Assembly (NCBI GenBank): GCA_016932255.1
Contig: JAFGDE010000015.1
Location: 99,506 to 163,505 of the forward strand
Reading direction: 5' to 3'
Source of the DNA: Candidatus Saganbacteria bacterium
GTDB lineage: Bacteria > Margulisbacteria > WOR-1 > O2-12-FULL-45-9
Length of the DNA stretch: 64,000 bases
Of the stretch, positions 1-10,013 are shown piece after piece. Numbering within the stretch: the stretch's first letter is position 1; every line of letters begins with the position of its first letter. Made by a program: the position numbers and the translations under genes. The notes beneath the pieces were generated by a model. It did no database searches. It saw nothing but the letters and a program-made list of their open reading frames with translations, and was not told the origin of the DNA.

Positions 1-565
1 AGCCGGCATCGACCACGGCCTTCACGTAGGGCGCACGCCAGTGCTCCTTAGGCACGTCAAAGAAAACATCCTCTGTCAGAGCAGGAATGCTGAGCTTTTT
101 AATGCGGGCCAGCCAGGTAGCCAGTTCCCCCCTGGTGATAGGATTGCCGGGATAAAAATTATCATCGGGATAACCCTCGATGAAACCAAGGCTGGAAAGA
201 TAGACGATCTGCTGTCTGGCCCAGTGCTTCTTGCCTTCATAGAGCGTTTCAATGTCAGGATAGCTCTTCAAGCCGAGGATGCGGACCTGCTTGTCAAACA
301 CCTGGCCATAGGCATCGACGGCGCGGACATCGACATAATTTTTACCGCGCCGCAGCACCAGGCCGCAGGCAAAGGACCCGTCAGGCTGAAGCTGCAGCTG
401 CTGGCCGTTGACTGTCAAGCGGCTGACATCCTTGGCAACACCCTTGAGCATGACGACTTTTTCAAAGGCAACGCCCTTGTCCTTTGGCTCATAAATAAAG
501 ATGCCGGCGGAGGCAACCGATGAAAGCAAGAGAAAGCAAAGCGCTAAAACGCTTGTCCGTTTCAT
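1..565 (-). CDS. S-layer homology (SLH) domain protein with Ig-like N-terminal region, partial (runs off window start)
   Basis: Manual translation from ATG at 565: MKRTSVLALCFLLLSSVASAG (signal peptide)...HWARQQIVYLSSLGFIEGYPDDNFYPGNPITRGELATWL...FFDVPKEHWRAPYV, which are SLH repeats. Missing from the ORF track because it is truncated. Confidence 0.85.
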   Translation of the reverse strand, partial: MKRTSVLALCFLLLSSVASAGIFIYEPKDKGVAFEKVVMLKGVAKDVSRLTVNGQQLQLQPDGSFACGLVLRRGKNYVDVRAVDAYGQVFDKQVRILGLKSYPDIETLYEGKKHWARQQIVYLSSLGFIEGYPDDNFYPGNPITRGELATWLARIKKLSIPALTEDVFFDVPKEHWRAPYVKAVVDAG

Positions 566-651
566 TTTGTGGTTATTTTAACACACCCGAACACGGTTGC
601 AAACGCTTTAGTTGCTGAGCTGCGGTAAATTTGCTATATTATATAACTGAA

Positions 652-2892
652 ATGTTTCTCAAATTGCTCATCTTGCGCGGTTTCAAGACTTTCGCTGACA
701 CGACCGAGATCGAGTTCTCGCCCGAGGACAGGATCACGGCCATTGTCGGGCCCAACGGCTGCGGCAAAAGCAACTTGATGGACGCCACCCGCTGGGTCCT
801 GGGCGAGGACAATCCCCGGGAGTTACGCGTTGCCAGTCTGGCCAACATTATCTTCTCCGGCACAGCCGCCCGCAAGGCCCTGTCGCTGGCCGAGGTCAGC
901 ATGATCTTTGACAATGCCGCCGGCAAGCTCAGTCTGCCTTTTGCCGAGGTGGGCATCAAACGCCGCACCTTCCGGGAGGGCGAAAGCGAATTCTCCATCA
1001 ACAAGAACCAGTGCCGCCTGAAGGACATCAAGGACCTGCTGCTTGACACCGGCCTTGGCGAGAGCACTTATTCCATCATTACCCAGGGCCGGGTCGACGC
1101 GATACTGTCCAGCAAAGGCGAGGATCGCCGCGCGGTCTTTGAGGAGGCCGCCGGCATCAACAAGTACAAGACCAGAAAGCACTCGGCCGAGAAGAAACTG
1201 ATCGCAGCCGAGCAGAATATCCTAAGGATCAGCGACCTTAAGATAGAAGTGGCCGAACATTTGATCACCCTGGAGGAGCAGGCCAGAGCGGCCAGGGAAT
1301 ATCTGGCACTCCAGGAACAGGTCAGGAACATGGATATCGGCTTGAGCAAAAAATTGCTGATCAACATCCTGGAAAAGCGCAATGAGCTTTTCGCTCAGCT
1401 GGAAAAGGTCAGGCAGGAATCACAGCAGAAAAAGGAGGCCGAGGCCAGGGACGAGGGCGAGCTGCACCAGCTCAAGGAACAACAGGGCCGGCTGGAGCAG
1501 GAGATCGATGAAATCATGGTCAAGCTGGATAAAGAAAAAGACCAGCTCCGCGATATTGAGCTTGACCGCCGCTTCACCCAGAGCGAGCATGGGCGTGAAG
1601 AACGAGCCCTAGCTGAACTTGCCGTCCGCCAGACGGACGTCTTCAATAAGATCAACGAACTCAAGGCAGCCATTACCAAAGAATGCGCCGGCCTTGATTT
1701 CAGCAATCTGCCCTGCCCTGAAGATCTTAGCCGGCTCGTAGCCGAGACCAAGGTCCTTGTCGAACGGCTGGCCGCGATCCTGGCCTTTTTAGGCAAGACC
1801 AATTCTCTTGATCTGATCATCGGCCGCTCGCCGGACAAAGAAGAAGCCTACAAAATGAAGCTGGAGATGATGGAGGAAGAGGCCCGGCGACTGGAACAGG
1901 AAAAGGACCGCGTCAGCTTTGCGGCGCAAGCCCATTCTTCCCAGCTGGCCGGATTGAATCAAAAGGCAAAACAGGCCCGTGCCGCCCAGTCATCCCTTGA
2001 CCTGATCAACACCAAACGCGAAGCCAAGTCCGCTCTGGCCCGACAGATCGCCGAACTTGAGGAGAAATTGCGCCAGGAAGACCAGGTCGAACGCCGGTCG
2101 CTGAGCGAAGAAACAGGCATCGAGATCGCCCTGGCTAAGCTTGAGGGCGAAATGAGCGGTATCCGTGAACGCCTCTCTCTTGAATACAATTTGTCCCTTG
2201 AGGAACTGGAAAAAATGCCGCAGGAGATCGAGAACGTCACCCAGGCCAGGCGGGCCATTGAATCAGGCCGCGGCCGTTTACGCGCCCTGGAACCGGTCAA
2301 TCTGCTGGCGATCGATGAGTTTGAAAGAGAGAAAGAACGCCTTTCGTTCATTGAAGCCCAGTTGGCCGACCTCAATGCGGCCCGCGACAACCTGCAAAGT
2401 CTGATCACTGAACTGGACCTAAAGGCCGAGCAGACCTTTATCGAAACGATGGACCGTCTTTCCGAGATCTTTTCTGAGACCTTTTCGAAACTGTTCGCCG
2501 GCGGCGAAGCCAGGATCTCCCTGGCAACCGGTGTGCCGGCGCTGGAGGCCGAGGTCGAGATCTCCGTCAGGCCCAATGGCCGCAAGTGGCTTCCCCTGCC
2601 CCAGCTCTCCGGCGGCGAACGCTCCCTTTCAGCGATCGCCATACTCTTTTCTCTGCTGAAGATCAGGCCCAGCCCTTTCTGTTTCATGGACGAGGTCGAT
2701 GCTGCTCTAGATGACGCGAATATCGGGCGTTTTGCCGAGATGCTCAAGGACTTCTCGAGCCAGACCCAGATCATCGTCATTACCCATAACAAACGCACCA
2801 TGGCCGTAGCTGACAGCATCTATGGCGTGACCATGGAAGAACCGGGAGTGTCTAAGGTCATTTCCATGAAATTGACCGAGGCTGCCGCATGA
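652..2892 (+). CDS. smc: SMC-family chromosome segregation ATPase, short (746 aa), apparently without a hinge
   Basis: GFKTF, Walker A GPNGCGKSN, IITQG Q-loop, FEEAAGI, LSGGE signature, Walker B/D-loop FMDEVDAALD, IVITH; coiled coils in between. ATG at 652 preferred. Confidence 0.9.
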   Translation: MFLKLLILRGFKTFADTTEIEFSPEDRITAIVGPNGCGKSNLMDATRWVLGEDNPRELRVASLANIIFSGTAARKALSLAEVSMIFDNAAGKLSLPFAEVGIKRRTFREGESEFSINKNQCRLKDIKDLLLDTGLGESTYSIITQGRVDAILSSKGEDRRAVFEEAAGINKYKTRKHSAEKKLIAAEQNILRISDLKIEVAEHLITLEEQARAAREYLALQEQVRNMDIGLSKKLLINILEKRNELFAQLEKVRQESQQKKEAEARDEGELHQLKEQQGRLEQEIDEIMVKLDKEKDQLRDIELDRRFTQSEHGREERALAELAVRQTDVFNKINELKAAITKECAGLDFSNLPCPEDLSRLVAETKVLVERLAAILAFLGKTNSLDLIIGRSPDKEEAYKMKLEMMEEEARRLEQEKDRVSFAAQAHSSQLAGLNQKAKQARAAQSSLDLINTKREAKSALARQIAELEEKLRQEDQVERRSLSEETGIEIALAKLEGEMSGIRERLSLEYNLSLEELEKMPQEIENVTQARRAIESGRGRLRALEPVNLLAIDEFEREKERLSFIEAQLADLNAARDNLQSLITELDLKAEQTFIETMDRLSEIFSETFSKLFAGGEARISLATGVPALEAEVEISVRPNGRKWLPLPQLSGGERSLSAIAILFSLLKIRPSPFCFMDEVDAALDDANIGRFAEMLKDFSSQTQIIVITHNKRTMAVADSIYGVTMEEPGVSKVISMKLTEAAA

Positions 2893-5609
2893 TCGGACGA
2901 TCGTTAGCTTTAGTTTGCCTGGCAGTGGGAGCCTGCTGCCTGCTGCTTGCCCCTGTTCAGGCGCAACAGCATCCTCAAGCCCTTTGGTCGCAGTACGGCA
3001 TTGTCATTAACGACACGCCGGGCAATACTCCGCAGGAAAAACCGCAAATATTCAGCGACGGCTACAGCGGCTATATTATTGTCTGGGAGGACGGCCGCAG
3101 CGGTTACTACGATATTTACACGCAGAAGATCGATGAATCCGGCCGCGCCCTTTGGTCAAAGAAAGGGATCCCGGTCTGTGAATGTCCAGGCAACCAGAAT
3201 TTTCCTCACGCTGTCGGCGACGGGGCCGGCGGGTTATTTGCCGTCTGGCAGGATTACCGCAGCGGCGCTTCCGATATCTATGCTCAGCATATCAATTATC
3301 AGGGCAAGACGCTCTGGGGCGAGAAAGGCAAGTTGGTTTGCGGCGCACCGGCCGGCCAGTTCGCTCCACAGGCAGCCGCAGACGGCTCAGGCGGTGTGAT
3401 TATCGTCTGGCATGATTACCGCAGCGGCACCGGAGAGGATATTTACGCTCAAAGGCTTGATAACAACGGCGAAGCCGTCTGGGCCAATGACGGCGCGCCT
3501 GTCTCACTGGCCAAGGGCACGCAATGGTATCCCAAGCTCGTTTCTGACGGCAGCGGCGGGGCCCTTATTACTTGGTCAGACGGCCGCAACGGCGCCAGCA
3601 ACAATGATATTTACATCCAATACCTGAACGCCAGCGGACAGCCTCTTTGGGAAAAAGATGGGATCGCGCTTTGCGCGGCGGAACGCAATCAGGAAAAGCC
3701 CGTTATCATGGCTGTCACCGAAGAGCGGGCAATCAGCGGCGCTGTTATTGCCTGGCAGGATGAGCGCCACCGCAACACCGATGTCTACGCCCAGAAGATC
3801 GACCTGAGCGGCCACGTACAATGGGCCCAGGATGGGGTGGCGGTCTGCCTTTTCCCTTACACCCAGCAGAATATCCAGCTTTCACCCGACGGTTCGGGTG
3901 GGGCCATTTTAGCTTGGGAAGACCAGCGTGAGGAAAAAAGCGACATTTATGTCCAGCGTATCTACAGCAGCGGACAGACCGCCTGGTCAGAGAACGGCCG
4001 GCCGGTCTGCCGCGCTTTTGGCGAGCAAAAAGCGCCGGCGATCACCAAGCTGGTTTCGGAAGACTGGATCATCGTTTGGGAGGATGAACAACCGGGCCGC
4101 CGCAAGTACGACATTTTCGCGCAGAAGATCAATAGCTCCGGCACCCCGCTGTGGGACCCCCGAGGTCTGCCGCTGGTCTCGGCCCGGCAGCGGCAAGGCG
4201 CGCCGGCGACCACCACAACACCTAAAGGCAATGTTGTCGTTGCCTGGGAAGATGCTCGGGAAGGCAACTACGATATTTATGCCCAGAAGGTCTCCACCGA
4301 CGGCGAAACGCTCTGGACAGATCAAGGCGTCGAGGTCTGTGCCGCCATCGGCTCAGTCGTCCAGCAGAACGTTCAGCTGACGCTTACTGGCAAGGGTGAG
4401 ATCATTCTGGTCTTTGAGGATGGGCGGCACGGTTATTTCAATATTTACGCTCAGAAGATCTCAAAGGCCGGAGCCCTGGCCTGGGACAAGCACGGTATTG
4501 CGGTGGCAAAAGTGGCCGCCAATCAGGCTAAACCGTGCGTGGTACCCGACGGCAGCGGCGGCGCTTATGTCGCCTGGGAGGATCAAAGGATAGAGAACCT
4601 GCCCAGCATCAGGCTCCAGCGTCTTAGCAGTCAGGGAAAACATCTTTGGGAAAGCAGTCTGCCGGTCGCCAAGGTCAAAGCCCGGCAGACAGATCCGCTT
4701 ATGGTCCCTGACGGGGCCGGCGGGGCGATCATCGCCTGGCAGGACGGCCGGGACATTCTCAGTCTGACCGATCTGTATGTCCAGCGCGTCAATGCCAAAG
4801 GCCAGCTGCTCTGGGGAGAAAAAGGCAAGATCGCCGCCGCGGCCAACGGCGAACAGATCGAAGCGGACATGATCTCCGACGGCGCAGGCGGCGTCATTTT
4901 AACCTGGACGGACTACCGCCGCGGTGACCGCAATCCAGACATCTATGCCCAGCGCCTCAATGCTAAAGGTGCGCCGCTTTGGCAGGAAGACGGTGTTCTG
5001 GTCTGCGGCGCACCGGATGTCCAACGCACCCCCAAACTGATCAGCGATGATCAGGGCGGCGTCATTATCTCCTGGACGGACAAAGGCGGGGGCAGTTATG
5101 ATATCTACGCCCAGCGGATCGATAAAGACGGCCAGCCGCTCTGGATGACCGACGGCATCCCCATCAATCAGATGAGCCGGACCCAACAGAACGCCAGCTT
5201 CGGCAATAAACGGGTGCTGGTCTGGGAAGATTATCGCTATGGCAATTGGGATATTTTTGCCTCAGCCATTTCGCCGGCCGGGAAATTGCTTTGGAACAAT
5301 GACGGTGTCCCGGTTGTTAACCTACCCCACACCCAGTATGCGCCCCAGATAATTCCCTGGAAGAATAACAGCGTACTGATAGCCTGGGAAGACTACCGCA
5401 CCGGCCAGTACTACGAGATATATGTTCAGCGCTTGAACAGTGAGGGCGAGCCTTTATTTGAAGAGAACGGCATGAAGGTCAGATCGCGCGACGGCGGCAG
5501 AGCCCCCAAGATAATCGCTGCGCCCAATGACGACAGCTTCTATGTTTTCTGGGAAGATTATACCGACGGCGGCAAAGCCATCTACGGCCAGCGCTATCTG
5601 CTTTATTGA
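2889..5609 (+). CDS. Secreted beta-propeller-type repeat protein (DGxGGxxxxWxDxR...DIYAQ repeats)
   Basis: Signal peptide; about 14-15 repeats of ~60 aa (DGSGGAIIAWQDxR...DIYAQRLxxxGxxLW); ATGA overlap with smc. Confidence 0.75.
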   Translation: MIGRSLALVCLAVGACCLLLAPVQAQQHPQALWSQYGIVINDTPGNTPQEKPQIFSDGYSGYIIVWEDGRSGYYDIYTQKIDESGRALWSKKGIPVCECPGNQNFPHAVGDGAGGLFAVWQDYRSGASDIYAQHINYQGKTLWGEKGKLVCGAPAGQFAPQAAADGSGGVIIVWHDYRSGTGEDIYAQRLDNNGEAVWANDGAPVSLAKGTQWYPKLVSDGSGGALITWSDGRNGASNNDIYIQYLNASGQPLWEKDGIALCAAERNQEKPVIMAVTEERAISGAVIAWQDERHRNTDVYAQKIDLSGHVQWAQDGVAVCLFPYTQQNIQLSPDGSGGAILAWEDQREEKSDIYVQRIYSSGQTAWSENGRPVCRAFGEQKAPAITKLVSEDWIIVWEDEQPGRRKYDIFAQKINSSGTPLWDPRGLPLVSARQRQGAPATTTTPKGNVVVAWEDAREGNYDIYAQKVSTDGETLWTDQGVEVCAAIGSVVQQNVQLTLTGKGEIILVFEDGRHGYFNIYAQKISKAGALAWDKHGIAVAKVAANQAKPCVVPDGSGGAYVAWEDQRIENLPSIRLQRLSSQGKHLWESSLPVAKVKARQTDPLMVPDGAGGAIIAWQDGRDILSLTDLYVQRVNAKGQLLWGEKGKIAAAANGEQIEADMISDGAGGVILTWTDYRRGDRNPDIYAQRLNAKGAPLWQEDGVLVCGAPDVQRTPKLISDDQGGVIISWTDKGGGSYDIYAQRIDKDGQPLWMTDGIPINQMSRTQQNASFGNKRVLVWEDYRYGNWDIFASAISPAGKLLWNNDGVPVVNLPHTQYAPQIIPWKNNSVLIAWEDYRTGQYYEIYVQRLNSEGEPLFEENGMKVRSRDGGRAPKIIAAPNDDSFYVFWEDYTDGGKAIYGQRYLLY

Positions 5610-6806
5610 TCAAAGCCGGCTGGCTTTTTTCTTCAGTTCCCCGGCCTTATCGGTCTTTTCCCACGGTAAATCCAGGTCCGGCCGGCCAAAGTGGCCGTAG
5701 GCCGCGACCTGCCGGTAGAGCGGCCGGCGCAGCTTCAGGTGTTTGATGATCAGGCCCGGCCGCAGGTCAAAATTCTCCTCAACCAGATCGGCGATCTTGG
5801 CATCAGGGATCTGGCCTGTCCCGAAACTATCGACCATGATCGACAGCGGACGGGCAATGCCGATCGCGTAGGCCAACTGGACCTCGCACTTGCTGGCCAG
5901 CCCGGCAGACACTATGTTCTTGGCCACCCAGCGTGCGGCGTAAGTTCCGGAACGGTCCACTTTGGTGGGATCTTTTCCGGAGAACGCGCCGCCGCCGTGG
6001 CGGGAGTAGCCGCCATAGGTATCAACGATGATCTTGCGGCCGGTCACGCCGGTATCGCCCTGCGGACCGCCGATGACGAACCTGCCGGTAGGATTAACAT
6101 AATACTTGATGTTATCATCGACCAGCTCTGCCGGCAACGTGGGCAGGATGACCCGCTCAAGGACATCTTTTTTCAGGTCTTCCATCCTGGTGTCAGGCGC
6201 ATGCTGGGCCGCGATCAGGACCGTATGGACCCTGGCCGGCTTGCCATCGTTATATTCGATCGTGACCTGTGATTTACCGTCAGGCCGCAAATATGACAAC
6301 TCGCCGGTTTTGCGCACTTCAGCCAGCTTCTTGGCCAGTCTGTGTGACAGTGAGATCGGCAAGGGCATTAATTCCGGGGTTTCATCGCAGGCAAAGCCGA
6401 ACATCAAACCCTGATCGCCGGCCCCCAGCTTTTCCAGGTCTTCCTTGACCACTTCGCCATCCTTGATCTCCTTGGCCGTGTCAACGCCGCGGGCAATGTC
6501 CTTGGACTGGCCCTGGATCGCCACCATCACGCCGCAGGTCTCATAATCAAAACCATACTTGGCCCTGGTATAGCCGACCTCCTTGATAGTCTGGCGCACG
6601 ATCTGCGGGATCTCGACATAACAGCCGGTGGTGACCTCGCCGGCCACGATACAGGTGCCGTTGGTCACCAGGGCTTCGACCGCCACGCGGCCGTGAGGGT
6701 CCTTGTCCATGATAGCGTCAAGGATGGAATCAGAGATCTGGTCGCAAACTTTATCAGGATGGCCTTCGGTAACTGACTCAGAGGTAAACAAATGGGTCTT
6801 CTTCAT
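5610..6806 (-). CDS. metK: S-adenosylmethionine synthetase
   Basis: [19 protein letters not shown] and [16 protein letters not shown] motifs. Confidence 0.98.
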   Translation of the reverse strand: MKKTHLFTSESVTEGHPDKVCDQISDSILDAIMDKDPHGRVAVEALVTNGTCIVAGEVTTGCYVEIPQIVRQTIKEVGYTRAKYGFDYETCGVMVAIQGQSKDIARGVDTAKEIKDGEVVKEDLEKLGAGDQGLMFGFACDETPELMPLPISLSHRLAKKLAEVRKTGELSYLRPDGKSQVTIEYNDGKPARVHTVLIAAQHAPDTRMEDLKKDVLERVILPTLPAELVDDNIKYYVNPTGRFVIGGPQGDTGVTGRKIIVDTYGGYSRHGGGAFSGKDPTKVDRSGTYAARWVAKNIVSAGLASKCEVQLAYAIGIARPLSIMVDSFGTGQIPDAKIADLVEENFDLRPGLIIKHLKLRRPLYRQVAAYGHFGRPDLDLPWEKTDKAGELKKKASRL

Positions 6807-6880
6807 CTTTTCTCCTCCCTCTTACGAGCGGACCGGATACTTTCAATGATTTTCGGTCAACGCTATTTAATTATATGATA

Positions 6881-6909
6881 AGTATAATGACCCGGCGAGA
6901 ATATGTCAA
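6881..6909 (-). promoter_or_regulatory. sigma70-type promoter of metK
   Basis: Minus strand reads TTGACA-N17-TATACT. Confidence 0.75.
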
Positions 6910-6911
6910 CT

Positions 6912-8024
6912 TTAAGGGCCGACATATTTTAAGATCGTGCCGTTATCGCCCACGATTCTGCCGGTTAAACCTCCCGGCGCATAAAGGCCGTTCAAGCTCA
7001 CGCCTGTGCCGCTATCCTGAGTGATCCAGGTGACGCCGGCATTGGTGGTCTTGTAGATCTGTCCGCCTGACCCGGCCACGACTAAAGCCGATGACTGTAC
7101 GGCAATAGAGTTAATAGTGCCAAATGCGCCCGGGATGGTGATGGCGGTCCAATTACTGCCGTTATCAGTTGTCCTGATCACTTTGCCGCCGGCGCCGATC
7201 CAGCCGTTGCCGCTGCCGTCAAAAACTACTGTTCCAAAAGACTCGCCGCTGACCGGACTGGTGACCTGAGCCCAATTGGCCCCTCCGTCAGTTGTCTTAA
7301 TGATCGATGACGATTTCCCGACGATCCAGCCGGTCGTGTCGTTCAGAAAATAAACTCCCTGCAGGTCCTGGTGCACAGCGGTGGTCTGCGTGTCCCAGGA
7401 TGTGCCGCCATTGGTCGTCTTACGAATAGTAAAACTGTTCCCGACTGCCCAGCCGGTACTGGAGTTAATAAAATTCAAGTCATTCAGCTGCGAGCTGGCT
7501 CCGGCATTCTGGTTGCTCCAGCTACTGCCGCCGTTAATCGTTTTAATGATCGTCCCGGAACTGCCCACGGCCCAGCCAACTGATGAAGTGACGAATTGCA
7601 CCGCATAAAGCGCCTCGGTCGTGCCGCTGGTCTGACCGGCCCAACTGCTGGTATATTTCAAGACCGTGCCGCTAGCACCTACGGCCCAGCCGTTGCTGAA
7701 ATCGATAAAATGAATGCCATACAGGTCTTCGCTCGTCCCGCTGGTCTCCGGCGTCCAAATGGTTGAGGTCGTGGTTGATGTTGTAGTCGTGCTCGTGGTC
7801 AAAGGAACGGTTGAAGTCGTGCTGGCTGAGGTCGTACTGGTTGATCCACCTGTCGTTGTAGAAGTGCTGACAAGAGTGGTCGAACTGCCTGAAGTAGTCG
7901 TTGCAGTAATTGTTGTCGTTGGATTGTTGACCTTAGCGCAACCGCCGGACTGGCCGATAAAAAAGACCGTGCAGACCAACAAAGCCAAGCCTAACGTTCC
8001 TAAAACGATCAGATGTTTGTGCAT
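6912..8024 (-). CDS. Exported YCF48/BNR-repeat beta-propeller protein with Thr/Ser-rich linker (possible lipoprotein)
   Basis: Hydrophobic N-terminus with GGC; long poly-Thr stalk; repeats GWAVGxxGTIxKTxxGGxxW. Confidence 0.8.
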   Translation of the reverse strand: MHKHLIVLGTLGLALLVCTVFFIGQSGGCAKVNNPTTTITATTTSGSSTTLVSTSTTTGGSTSTTSASTTSTVPLTTSTTTTSTTTSTIWTPETSGTSEDLYGIHFIDFSNGWAVGASGTVLKYTSSWAGQTSGTTEALYAVQFVTSSVGWAVGSSGTIIKTINGGSSWSNQNAGASSQLNDLNFINSSTGWAVGNSFTIRKTTNGGTSWDTQTTAVHQDLQGVYFLNDTTGWIVGKSSSIIKTTDGGANWAQVTSPVSGESFGTVVFDGSGNGWIGAGGKVIRTTDNGSNWTAITIPGAFGTINSIAVQSSALVVAGSGGQIYKTTNAGVTWITQDSGTGVSLNGLYAPGGLTGRIVGDNGTILKYVGP

Positions 8025-8058
8025 ATCAGTTTGCTGAGTTTAACTGCAAGGGCCAGCC

Positions 8059-9960
8059 ATGTCAACATATGATAGAATAGTCTGCGTGACAAACAGGACC
8101 AGGTCCATTAAATATGCAATAGGTGCCCTGATCTTCCTGGGCACGCTGGCGATATATCTCCTGACCCTTTGCCCGACAGTGCCGCCTCGCGACAGCGGAG
8201 AGCTAATCACGGCCGCCTACACTCTGGGGATCACACATCCACCTGGCTATCCAGTTTACACGGTACTCGGCAAATTATTTACCTATATACCATGGGGCAA
8301 TATTGCCTGGCGGGTCAATTTCATGTCCGCGGTCTTTGCTTCGGCAACCGTTACCTTGCTCTATTATCTGGTACTGGAGCTGACCGGCAGCCTTCCGGCA
8401 GCTACTTTGAGCGCCTTAAGCCTGGCCTTTGCCCCCTTCTTCTGGTCCCTGGCCCTGGTGGCGGAAGTCTTTCAGCTCAACGCCTTTTTCACTATCTTGA
8501 ACATTTATTTGCTGTGGCTCTGGTCGCAAAAAAGAGACTTTAAACTTTTAGCTGCCTTTGCTTTCATCTGGGGACTGAGTTTCAGCCACCACCATACCAC
8601 TGCCCTGCTGGGTCCAGGCTTTCTCTATATTATCCTAGTCACTGACTGGCGGGTGCTGACAAAACTAAAGAACTGGGCGATACTAGCAGGTTGTTTCCTG
8701 GTCGGGCTCATACCATATATATATCTGCCGCTGCGCTCGCTGGCCAATCCGTACATCGACTGGGGTGACCCGCAAACAACAGAAAGGTTCCTTGATGTTG
8801 TGCTGCGGCGCCAATTCGGTTCAATGCGCCTTGATCCTGCTCTGCCGCAAGCCGCCTACACCCTCGAGATGATAATGGCCAATCTCAAGGTCTATTTCGG
8901 CTGGCTGATCAAGCAGTTCACCATTGTTGGCTTTATCCTCGGTCTGACCGGAACGGTCATTGCTTATTTTAAGGATAAGAAACTGTTCTTTTTCAATCTG
9001 CTATTGTTCCTTTTCTCCGGCCTTATCTTCGTTCTTCTAGCCGCTTATCCTTTTCACGTCAAGACCTATCAGCTTTACTGCGGCACCATCTTGCGGCGTT
9101 TTATGCTGCCGTCTTTCATTGTCTTTGCGATCTGGCTCGGCCTGGCAGCTGCCGCTATCATCAACTGGCGGCCGGACAAACGCGTCAGCCTGGCTCTGGG
9201 GGGGACTTTCCTGCTCATCCCGGCCTTTGTCCTGGCCATTAACTTCAAGACCGTTGACATGAGCCGTTATTATTATGTTGAGGACTTGATCAATAATATA
9301 TTAAGATCGGCCAAGCCAAACTCGATCATCTTTGCTAACGCCGACACATCGCTTTTCAGCCTCTGGTACATGCAGGGGGTGGAGGGGAAGCGTCCCGACA
9401 TACGTATCATCAGTTCCACCCCGCAAAAATGGCGGGCTGAGCGCATCATGCGCGAAGCGCCCGGGCTAATGGGTTTCAAGCAACAGCCGACCGAAGAAGA
9501 GATCCAGGCCAGGATAGCCTCCTATCCCAATGGCTTTGTTTTCTTCCATGACCTGATCAGAAGGAATGCCGCAAAAATGGACATCTACACCGACCTGGAC
9601 GATTCCAAGACCTTCGGCCCGATGTTCGACTATCTGGCGCCCAACGGCTTGTTGTACAAGTTCCTAAGCACCAAGGACACGAAAGCTAAACTTACCCAAC
9701 TAAAAACCACTTATCATCTCTGGGACGACTATAAATACACCGTGCCGCTCAGCACGATCAACATGAACGATTATTCGGCCAGGGAACTGTTGACTTTTTA
9801 CGCGGAAGGGCATAATTTTGCCGGTCTGGTCTATGTCTTTAACCGGGACTATTCTGAAGCTGTCAAGGAATTCAACAAAGCTCTGGCGCTTTATCCCAAT
9901 TACCCCTCAGCCATGATCAATTTGCAGAAACTTCATTCTCTGAAACAGCGGGCTAATTAA
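8059..9960 (+). CDS. DUF2723/TMEM260-like (GT117) membrane glycosyltransferase with C-terminal TPR
   Basis: RDSGELITAAYTLGITHPPGYP motif, AEVF, HHHT, YIYLPLRS..P..DWG; many TM helices; terminal TPR (AVKEFNKALALYPNY). The start may be GTG 8086. Confidence 0.85.
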   Translation: MSTYDRIVCVTNRTRSIKYAIGALIFLGTLAIYLLTLCPTVPPRDSGELITAAYTLGITHPPGYPVYTVLGKLFTYIPWGNIAWRVNFMSAVFASATVTLLYYLVLELTGSLPAATLSALSLAFAPFFWSLALVAEVFQLNAFFTILNIYLLWLWSQKRDFKLLAAFAFIWGLSFSHHHTTALLGPGFLYIILVTDWRVLTKLKNWAILAGCFLVGLIPYIYLPLRSLANPYIDWGDPQTTERFLDVVLRRQFGSMRLDPALPQAAYTLEMIMANLKVYFGWLIKQFTIVGFILGLTGTVIAYFKDKKLFFFNLLLFLFSGLIFVLLAAYPFHVKTYQLYCGTILRRFMLPSFIVFAIWLGLAAAAIINWRPDKRVSLALGGTFLLIPAFVLAINFKTVDMSRYYYVEDLINNILRSAKPNSIIFANADTSLFSLWYMQGVEGKRPDIRIISSTPQKWRAERIMREAPGLMGFKQQPTEEEIQARIASYPNGFVFFHDLIRRNAAKMDIYTDLDDSKTFGPMFDYLAPNGLLYKFLSTKDTKAKLTQLKTTYHLWDDYKYTVPLSTINMNDYSARELLTFYAEGHNFAGLVYVFNRDYSEAVKEFNKALALYPNYPSAMINLQKLHSLKQRAN

Positions 9961-9987
9961 AAAGGAGCGGGGAAACCCGCTCCTTTT
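9961..9987. terminator. Bidirectional rho-independent terminator
   Basis: AAAGGAGCGGG-GAAA-CCCGCTCCTTTT between convergent genes. Confidence 0.85.
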
Positions 9988-10013
9988 AGAGAAACAAAGG
10001 CTAAATTAATACA

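Noticed and set aside
41-523. 160-aa plus-strand ORF
   Set aside because: It is the antisense shadow of the minus-strand SLH protein gene, which has clear motifs.
6807-6911. SAM-I or SMK riboswitch upstream of metK
   Set aside because: The consensus elements are absent and the leader is too short for SAM-I; kept only as a low-interest candidate.
7760-7925. Low-complexity GTC/GTT repeats (also 10895-11000)
   Set aside because: They encode Thr-rich protein linkers and are not DNA repeat elements.
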